Positions 19,569 through 26,427 of a DNA stretch of 64,000 nucleotides are shown here, in pieces (the stretch's first letter is position 1; each line of letters opens with the position of its first letter). The translations under genes were made by a program, and so were the position numbers. The notes below the pieces were generated by a model that was not told where the DNA came from, did not search any database, and worked only from the letters and a program-made list of their open reading frames with translations. Location of the stretch: contig CACBED010000001.1 of NCBI GenBank assembly GCA_902538185.1, positions 34,195-98,194 on the forward strand, written 5' to 3'. The DNA comes from an uncultured OCS116 cluster bacterium. Lineage in GTDB: Bacteria > Pseudomonadota > Alphaproteobacteria > Rhizobiales > TMED25.

Positions 19569-19574
19569 TTGTTA

Positions 19575-20264
19575 TTATTTTGCGTCAGATGTAGCAGCAA
19601 CCCATATAACAACACCAAATGCGATTTTGTTAACAAAATCAGCAAGGTTGTATATGATGTTGAGCGCGTCTGCACTTCCGGCACCAGCGTAACCAAGTAC
19701 ATAGCCGAGTGGGTAAATTGCCCAACCAACTGTTACTATGATTCTCAAAGCATTAAATGCTCGTTGAGATGCTGGGGTACCATCACTTGCACTAATTTTA
19801 CTTGCTTCACCAGCAAATATTTCGTAAATGATGTAGATCCAACCTGCCATTCCGATGATGAAAGCAAGCCAGACATTCATTGCACCTACTTCACCGAGAT
19901 AACCGGCAACTAGCATTATAACTGATGCGATGAGCAGGCGCCAGAATAGTGACGCTGCAACCACAGCAATAGCTGCTAGTATTAAGTAGAATTCAACAAT
20001 TTGAAGTGGTACGGTTAACAGCCAGTCTACATATCGGAATACGATTGGGGACTCGCCTGTGCTAACCCAAACATCACGCATGTAGAAATAATGGATGGCA
20101 GCAATACCTGTAACCATTGCGGCTACAGTTAGAGATGTTTTCCATTTACCAACTGCGCGATCTCTTTCTACCCAGAAAAAGAATGTTGCTGCAACCATAG
20201 CTGCAGATATAATCCAGAAACTTACACCGACGTAATCAGCTGGATTGAGTGCTCCTGTTGTCAT
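19575..20264 (-). CDS. Proteorhodopsin, DTE-motif proton pump type, blue-tuned (Gln at the position equivalent to 105)
   Basis: 229 aa, 7 TM. FRYVDWLLTVPLQIVEFYL gives Asp (acceptor), Thr and Glu (donor) with PR spacing, with Gln at the spectral tuning site. The Schiff-base Lys sits in NLADFVNKIAFG, and the His in AAIHYFYMR is conserved. AAGGGAGA lies 6 nt upstream of the ATG. Confidence 0.95.
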   Translation of the reverse strand: MTTGALNPADYVGVSFWIISAAMVAATFFFWVERDRAVGKWKTSLTVAAMVTGIAAIHYFYMRDVWVSTGESPIVFRYVDWLLTVPLQIVEFYLILAAIAVVAASLFWRLLIASVIMLVAGYLGEVGAMNVWLAFIIGMAGWIYIIYEIFAGEASKISASDGTPASQRAFNALRIIVTVGWAIYPLGYVLGYAGAGSADALNIIYNLADFVNKIAFGVVIWVAATSDAK

Positions 20265-20381
20265 AATAGTTCTCCCTTTTAAAAATTAACTATATAACCC
20301 CTTATTTCCTTACACATAAAATATTGGAAAAATATGCTAAAAACAATGTTTTTTTATAAAAAAGTAGTAACTTTATGTTAA
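20265..20381 (-). promoter_or_regulatory. Proteorhodopsin 5' region (Shine-Dalgarno plus presumed promoter)
   Basis: 117-nt AT-rich spacer, one of only four spacers over 100 nt in the window. The SD AAGGGAGA (plus-strand 20271-20278) is visible. A possible TTGTTT-N17-TATTTT pair on the minus strand is only a by-eye guess. Confidence 0.35.
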
Positions 20382-21068
20382 CTATTTTTGCTTTGTTATT
20401 ACGTCAACTAAGACTGCAACTATCAAATTTAGGATTGTTATTGATCCTATTGCGACAAAACTATAGAAGTATGCCCATGCCCACCAGTATATCTCCTGCA
20501 TTGGTAGCATCACATTTTCCCAACTTGATAGTGTGAGAACTTGAACAAGGGTAATCATCGATATTCCCAGATCTCCCCATCTCTGTGGATCTGATTGTCC
20601 AAATAGAATACTTCCAAATGATGCATAAACGTAGATAATTATGAACAGGAGTAAGGATACATAAAACACCCTTTTTATTGATTTTAATAGTGCTTCGATT
20701 AATTCTTTTAGTTCTGGTATGGCAGATATTAATCTTAAAACTCTAAATATTCTCAATAATCTTAGAACGAGTATTGATGAATTTGGGCCGATGGGAATAA
20801 TGGAAATTATCACAATTAAGCTATCAAAAATATTCCACCCATTTTTAAAAAAATGCAGTTTCTTATCCTCAGCAAAGAATCTTATACAAATTTCAATAAC
20901 AAAGAAAATAGTGATTAGTGTATCTAAAATATAAATAAATGCTATTGCTTGCGGAGGTATATTATAAGTTGAAACACCAACTAAAAAAGCTGATAATATT
21001 ATAGCACTAATTACAAATGCTTGAAAAAGTCGATTATTTTTTATCTTTTCAAATGAAGTTCTATTCAT
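20382..21068 (-). CDS. Single-domain voltage-gated cation channel (BacNav/NaChBac-like, 6 TM)
   Basis: 228 aa. S4 reads LVLRLLRIFRVLRLIS, with four Arg at every third position. The pore region LVQVLTLSSWENVMLPM aligns by eye to NavAb LFQVMTLESWSMGIVRPLM. S6 reads ITILNLIVAVLVDVI, and the protein ends 4 residues after S6. Confidence 0.85.
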   Translation of the reverse strand: MNRTSFEKIKNNRLFQAFVISAIILSAFLVGVSTYNIPPQAIAFIYILDTLITIFFVIEICIRFFAEDKKLHFFKNGWNIFDSLIVIISIIPIGPNSSILVLRLLRIFRVLRLISAIPELKELIEALLKSIKRVFYVSLLLFIIIYVYASFGSILFGQSDPQRWGDLGISMITLVQVLTLSSWENVMLPMQEIYWWAWAYFYSFVAIGSITILNLIVAVLVDVITKQK

Positions 21069-21397
21069 TTATTGGTACCGACTTTTTTTGTTATTTTCTT
21101 TATCCACTCACCAAAATCTTTGTCAATATTATTGATGGGAAAGCTCACAATGCATGGCATTTCATATGAATGATTTTCTTTAATGAGAGCAGATATCCCA
21201 TCAAAATTTTCTTCAATTGTCTTTAAAAATAACGCGCATTCACTTTCACTGGAAATCTTACTATCCCACTTAAAAATGGATAAAATCTTTGGAATAATAT
21301 TTCCGCACGCAATCAAATTCTTATCCAATAAAATTTTTGTAATATGCGTCGCTTCATCTTCTGAGGTGCATGTCGTATAAATCATAATAAAATTCAT
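21065..21397 (-). CDS. cutA: Divalent-cation tolerance protein CutA
   Basis: 110 aa reading IYTTC...ITKILLDKNLIACGNI...S.FKW...E.ALFLKT...I.ENHSYE.P, which is the CutA1 pattern. It has ATGA overlaps with both neighbours. Confidence 0.85.
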   Translation of the reverse strand: MNFIMIYTTCTSEDEATHITKILLDKNLIACGNIIPKILSIFKWDSKISSESECALFLKTIEENFDGISALIKENHSYEMPCIVSFPINNIDKDFGEWIKKITKKVGTNK

Positions 21398-22044
21398 CGA
21401 ATTTTTCTTTCAATAAATAATACAACAAGAGTATATAACAATATCGAGTTTAGAATGTGCCATATCCAATGTGTGCCATGTGAAAATTGTGCACAAGTAA
21501 ATAAATCAAGTTGCCTAAATCCAAGAGACAACATGAAGATGAAAGATGTGAGAAATAGTCCATATGAGATATTCCTTTTATTTTTTCTATAAGCAATACA
21601 AGCAATAATTAACATAGAAAATAGAGCCATAAGATATGACGATATCTCCTCAACGCCAAAATAACTCAAAGAATAATTTAAGAATAAAAATAAAAATATT
21701 GAGAAAGCAGAAATAACTTGCGTTTGCTCAAGATAGAAACGGACGGCAAGATATAGGTATAGGATGATAAAAATCATTATTGGAATTGTGTCAGCTAGTA
21801 ATGACCATACATTACCAAATAAATGAAAAAGGAAACTTCCCGTACCAATTATAAGAACAAGAGAGATGAGTATTATGGAATAAATTCTTAAATTTACATG
21901 TTCATAATTTTTTTTATTATATTTTTTTAGTAATAAAAAGAAGGCAACCCAAAAAGCAATATTAGTGAAAAAGTTTATTGGTTCAGCGAATATTTCAGGG
22001 GATATTCTCTCACAATATATATCAATACTCTGATTAAGACTCAC
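21394..22044 (-). CDS. Ceramidase-family (alkaline ceramidase / CREST-type) 7-TM zinc hydrolase homologue
   Basis: 216 aa. YCE...AEPINFFTNIAF, GTGSFLFH...LADTIP and HGTHWIWHIL align by eye to human ACER3 WCE..AEFWNTVSN, GMGSWCFH..LLDELP and FHAWWHIL. The Ser/His/Asp/His/His positions implicated in zinc binding are all present. Confidence 0.75.
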   Translation of the reverse strand: MSLNQSIDIYCERISPEIFAEPINFFTNIAFWVAFFLLLKKYNKKNYEHVNLRIYSIILISLVLIIGTGSFLFHLFGNVWSLLADTIPIMIFIILYLYLAVRFYLEQTQVISAFSIFLFLFLNYSLSYFGVEEISSYLMALFSMLIIACIAYRKNKRNISYGLFLTSFIFMLSLGFRQLDLFTCAQFSHGTHWIWHILNSILLYTLVVLFIERKIR

Positions 22045-22057
22045 ATTTCACACTATT

Positions 22058-22432
22058 TTAACTTAGGCTTTCAATTCTCTCGTTTGCTTCTCTTAATTGC
22101 TTTATTACATTCCGCATTCTCGGCATCATATTTTTTTCCCAATAATTTAGCATTTTTATATTATCCCTGTTTGTTTTATAAATCTCAGAATAATGTAAAA
22201 TTAACTCGTCAGACCCCACGAGGAAGATACCATCATCGGTTTCAACGGTTGGGAAACTTGCTTTTTGACCTGATTTTTCAAGTATATACATAGTAATTTC
22301 TTCATACGATGGTTCATCGGCATGAGCGACATTAATATCAAAATCTTCAAGCTTATTTATCTCATTCAGAAAAATTATGAACTTATATGAAAAAGGGCAT
22401 CCCCCTTTCACAAATAATTTATTTTTGATCAT
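22058..22432 (-). CDS. Thioredoxin-fold protein with CPFS active-site motif (glutaredoxin / GST-N-like)
   Basis: 124 aa. KGGCPFSYKF near the N-terminus, FPTVE (cis-Pro loop) and GSDEL fit a monothiol Grx/GST-N fold. A helical tail follows. Confidence 0.55.
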   Translation of the reverse strand: MIKNKLFVKGGCPFSYKFIIFLNEINKLEDFDINVAHADEPSYEEITMYILEKSGQKASFPTVETDDGIFLVGSDELILHYSEIYKTNRDNIKMLNYWEKNMMPRMRNVIKQLREANERIESLS

Positions 22433-22458
22433 TTTTTCTCCTTCTTGCTGTTTTTTAA

Positions 22459-23361
22459 TTATTTAATAAATTGCCCCGTATTTAAATCATGCATCGCTTG
22501 CATCAGCTCATTTCTTGAATTCATAACGATTGGACCATGCCATGCAATCGGCTCACTAATCGGCTTTCCTGAAACAAGTAGGAACCTAACACCTTCTTCA
22601 CCTGTATGAAGAGAGACAAACTCTCCAGGATCAAAGTATATCAAGGTTTTATTACCCGATAAATCTCGTATATTTAATTCCCTCCCTTCAAACTCTTTTT
22701 CAACTCTAATTCCGGCTGGAGCTGAAGCATATTTGAAATCTGCCTTACCATCAAAAATATACGCAAAAGTCTTCTTGTATGTATCTATTTTTATTACTTT
22801 ATGGGTATGCGGAGGTATGGATATATCCAAAAACTCTGGCTCGGCGGCGATGCCATCAACCGGTCCTAAAATCCCTCTATAATTACCAACGATGACTTTA
22901 ATTTTTGATCCATCGTCATCTTCAATAACTGGTATATTTGATAAATTAATATCTTGATACCTAGGCGTTGTCATTTTTTTTTCTGAGGGGAGATTTGCCC
23001 ATAATTGAAAGCCATGCATCTGACCATTCTTATTACCCTGAGGCATTTCTTGATGCATTATTCCCGAACCAGCAGTCATCCACTGGACATCACCACCCGA
23101 TAATAATCCTGTATTTCCTAAACTATCTTTGTGTTCTACAGTTCCCTCTAAGACATATGTTATAGTCTCAATACCTCTATGGGGATGCCATGGAAATCCA
23201 GCCTTATAACATTCTGGGTCATCATTTCTGAAATCATCTAAAAGTAAAAATGGGTCAAATTTCTCTGGCTCCATGAAGCCGAAGACTCTATCTAGAGAAA
23301 CTCCAGCCCCTTCAATGACAGGTTTCGGTTTTGAGATAGTTGTTATTGGCCTAAACGACAT
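22459..23361 (-). CDS. Pirin family protein (bicupin)
   Basis: 300 aa with FPWHPHRGIETITYVLEGTVEHKD (pirin metal motif) and GFQLWANLP. Confidence 0.9.
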   Translation of the reverse strand: MSFRPITTISKPKPVIEGAGVSLDRVFGFMEPEKFDPFLLLDDFRNDDPECYKAGFPWHPHRGIETITYVLEGTVEHKDSLGNTGLLSGGDVQWMTAGSGIMHQEMPQGNKNGQMHGFQLWANLPSEKKMTTPRYQDINLSNIPVIEDDDGSKIKVIVGNYRGILGPVDGIAAEPEFLDISIPPHTHKVIKIDTYKKTFAYIFDGKADFKYASAPAGIRVEKEFEGRELNIRDLSGNKTLIYFDPGEFVSLHTGEEGVRFLLVSGKPISEPIAWHGPIVMNSRNELMQAMHDLNTGQFIK

Positions 23362-23370
23362 ATCAATCCT

Positions 23371-23583
23371 TCAATCTAATAATTTTACTATTGTAATTAC
23401 TGCCATAGTAATACCTAATGCGAAAGAAATTATTATCACCAACCCAAGAATACTTGCAATCCTGCTTAAAAAATGTGGCACTTCTAAATTCTTAATTTCA
23501 CGGGACTTAATCTTATGAAAGATATACCCCGATACAAGGAAAATCGCTAACAGTACTAATGTATATTTAAGTTCGTTAATCAT
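23371..23583 (-). CDS. Small two-TM membrane protein, hypothetical
   Basis: 70 aa with two hydrophobic helices (YTLVLLAIFLVSGYIF; ILGLVIIISFALGITMAVITIV). Lies 9 nt upstream of pirin. No recognisable family. Confidence 0.4.
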   Translation of the reverse strand: MINELKYTLVLLAIFLVSGYIFHKIKSREIKNLEVPHFLSRIASILGLVIIISFALGITMAVITIVKLLD

Positions 23584-23676
23584 ATTTGTATATTCATATA
23601 GGCATATTAAAACAGTTTACTAGGATCAATAAAAATTATATCCTCATAATTAAATACATGCAAACAGGACAAAAAA

Positions 23677-24495
23677 ATGCCAATTATAAAAAAATTTGAT
23701 GATGTTGAATACAATAAGATAGACCAAGATATCCTGTGTAAAAATTTACTTCGAAAAGATGATCTTGATGATGGCAGAATAACAATTGATTATTATAAGC
23801 TCTCAAATAAAGCCCAACTAAATTATTTAAACGAAGATAGTGACATTAGCTGGATACAAATATTATCTGGAGGCATAAAGGCATCTGAGAGTGACTTTAA
23901 TAAGGATCAGATTGTATTGATAAAGGGTAAAAGGGAAATACAATTAAGTACATCCAGAGATACGGAGTTAGTAATAACAAAAATAAATGATTATAAGATA
24001 TTTGAAAGCGATGCTTCCGATGTCTTTGACTCGCAAATTAACATAATTAATTGGGGCAATGAGCCAATTCTAAAATCCGAGCATGATGATAGGAAGAGGG
24101 TATATTTATTATCAGAGCTCCTTGCGGGCACAGACTCAGTGAAAGGTGAATTAATAATATACCCAAAAAACACATCCTGTCCCGAGCACTATCATGTTGG
24201 CGCACAGCACTACCAGCTAATTACCGAGGGTGAAGTCATCGCAGTCCTCGATGGCAAAGAGACAAAACTTGAAAAGTATGATGTCTTATATAATTTTGAG
24301 AACGAACCGCATTGGTTTTATACAAATGAAAAAAGCTGCGATTTTGTAGAATTTTTTGTACCAGGCGAAAATAAAACAGTTTGGACAAAAACAACCAATG
24401 TTTGTACTTGGTCACCAATGGGTGTTGATGTAAATGGCCAGTCACCATCAAGACATATTGAAAAACACGTGCATGGTGAAGGAAAAAATATATAA
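23677..24495 (+). CDS. Cupin-domain protein (degenerate N-terminal plus intact C-terminal cupin), function unknown
   Basis: 272 aa. The C-terminal half reads PEHYHVGAQHYQLITEGEV...ENEPHWFYTN, which fits cupin motifs 1 and 2 with Gln in place of the usual motif-1 Glu. Confidence 0.6.
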   Translation: MPIIKKFDDVEYNKIDQDILCKNLLRKDDLDDGRITIDYYKLSNKAQLNYLNEDSDISWIQILSGGIKASESDFNKDQIVLIKGKREIQLSTSRDTELVITKINDYKIFESDASDVFDSQINIINWGNEPILKSEHDDRKRVYLLSELLAGTDSVKGELIIYPKNTSCPEHYHVGAQHYQLITEGEVIAVLDGKETKLEKYDVLYNFENEPHWFYTNEKSCDFVEFFVPGENKTVWTKTTNVCTWSPMGVDVNGQSPSRHIEKHVHGEGKNI

Positions 24496-24636
24496 AAAGT
24501 GATCCAAAGATAAAACCATACCGTTTCGTTTGTGTGTGGGTAGATGATAGTTAGTATTACCAAACCTCATCTTACATACTATATCAACATATCCCTATAA
24601 ATCCCTAAAGGTTGATCTCACTTACCCACACTATAC

Positions 24637-24966
24637 TTATCCAATTTTTGTTGCTCCAGTTTCACATTGAATCAATTTCCCATCTTTTTTGGTATATGCC
24701 GCTAAAACAGCTTCTTTTGTATTATCAGGGAATGCGATTACCATGTGTTCAACAAGAATATCATCATTCTCATAAACGCATCTGTGACTTTCAACATTGA
24801 AACTGTCACTGTTAAAAAACCCCTCGATCATTGCTAAGGTTTCGTCTTTATTCATAGTTGTTCCAGTCTGATGTCTAACAAATGTATAATTATCAGATAG
24901 CAACTCACCGAATGCAACGTGATCTTTATTTTCTCTTGCCAACTTCATTTTTTCAAAAAAACTCAT
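24637..24966 (-). CDS. Small hypothetical protein, possibly NTF2-like (SnoaL/DUF4440-like)
   Basis: 109-aa ORF with a size and alpha+beta-looking pattern compatible with the NTF2-like fold. No diagnostic motif recognised. Confidence 0.35.
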   Translation of the reverse strand: MSFFEKMKLARENKDHVAFGELLSDNYTFVRHQTGTTMNKDETLAMIEGFFNSDSFNVESHRCVYENDDILVEHMVIAFPDNTKEAVLAAYTKKDGKLIQCETGATKIG

Positions 24967-25056
24967 AACTATATTCCTTTAATTTATTTATCAAATATTG
25001 AAAGATTTACACATACGTATTAAGGTGTAATATTCACTATAAACATTAACACAACA

Positions 25057-26427
25057 ATGAATTTAAACGAATACGAAAAAATAGATAGAGAATATCTTAT
25101 CCACCCTATGACTCATCTCGCAAAGTTTGAACGCGGTGAAATCGATAATAGAATAATGAAAACTGCAAAAGGTGTAGAGATAATAGATGCTCAAGGTAAC
25201 TCATTCATAGACGCATTTTCTGGTCTGTATTGTGTAAATGTTGGTTATGGTTGCACAGATATTATTGACGCGATTAAAAAACAAGCAGAAGAGCTTGCAT
25301 ATTATCATTGTTATTATGGAAATGCCACTGAGGCTTCAATCAAATTATCTGATATGGTTATTGAGAGGGCACCAAATAACATGAAAAAAATATATTTTGG
25401 TTTATCTGGCTCTGACGCTAATGACACTAATATAAAATTATTGTGGTATTACAATAATCTTATCGGTCACACGAAGAAAAAGAAGATAATATCGAGGAGG
25501 GGTGGGTACCACGGAGCAAGTATTTTTACAGGCAGCCTTACAGGTATTGAAACATATCATTTCAATTATGATTTACCTATCAAAGGAATACTTCATACGG
25601 AGCCTGCATTTTATTTCCACAGAGCTGAACTAGATCAAACAGAAGATGAATATTCCCAATTTTGCGCGGACCAGCTCGAAGAGCTAATTTTAAAAGAAAA
25701 TCCAGATACTGTAGCTGGTTTCATTGCTGAGCCTGTTATTGGAAATGGAGGACTGGTACCTCCACCACATAATTACTGGCCAAGAATTAAAAGTGTCTTA
25801 GAGAAATACGATGTTGCACTTATATCAGATGAGGTTGTGACTGGTTTCGGCAGACTCGGAAAAATGTTTGGTGTTGATTATTTTGGGATCGAAGCTGATA
25901 TGATCACTGTCGCCAAGGGTATTACCTCGGCATACTCTCCACTATCAGGGTCGATATTATCAGAAAAAATATCTAATGTAATAAGGGATGCAACTGACAA
26001 ATACGGAGTTTGGACACATGGTTCTACCTATTCTGCCCACCCAATATCTTGTGCAGCTGGAGTCGCGAATTTAAATCACATAGATAATCATCAACTTATT
26101 AAAAAAGGTAAGGATACATCCGAATACTTTAATTTCAAACTAAAAGAGAAATTTCAAGATCACCCTCAAATAGGCGATGTAAGGGGGATTGGATTACTAT
26201 CTGCTATTGAGCTTGTAAAAGATAAGAAAAATAGGAAATTTTTTAAAAAAAGGGGGCAATTATCTCAAGAGATAGTAACGAGGATGGCAAGAAATGGCAT
26301 TTTGGCTCGAGCAATGCCAGCAGGTGATACAATTGGTTTTGCTCCTGCTTTCTGTATTAGTAATGATGAAATTGACACCATACTCAATGGAACCCTTCAA
26401 AGTATAGATGAAGTAATTAATAATTAA
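25057..26427 (+). CDS. Class III (omega) aminotransferase, PLP-dependent
   Basis: 456 aa with SGSDANDT, ISDEVVTGFGRLG and TVAKGITSAY (PLP Lys), as in omega-amino acid:pyruvate / diaminobutyrate-type transaminases. Confidence 0.88.
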   Translation: MNLNEYEKIDREYLIHPMTHLAKFERGEIDNRIMKTAKGVEIIDAQGNSFIDAFSGLYCVNVGYGCTDIIDAIKKQAEELAYYHCYYGNATEASIKLSDMVIERAPNNMKKIYFGLSGSDANDTNIKLLWYYNNLIGHTKKKKIISRRGGYHGASIFTGSLTGIETYHFNYDLPIKGILHTEPAFYFHRAELDQTEDEYSQFCADQLEELILKENPDTVAGFIAEPVIGNGGLVPPPHNYWPRIKSVLEKYDVALISDEVVTGFGRLGKMFGVDYFGIEADMITVAKGITSAYSPLSGSILSEKISNVIRDATDKYGVWTHGSTYSAHPISCAAGVANLNHIDNHQLIKKGKDTSEYFNFKLKEKFQDHPQIGDVRGIGLLSAIELVKDKKNRKFFKKRGQLSQEIVTRMARNGILARAMPAGDTIGFAPAFCISNDEIDTILNGTLQSIDEVINN

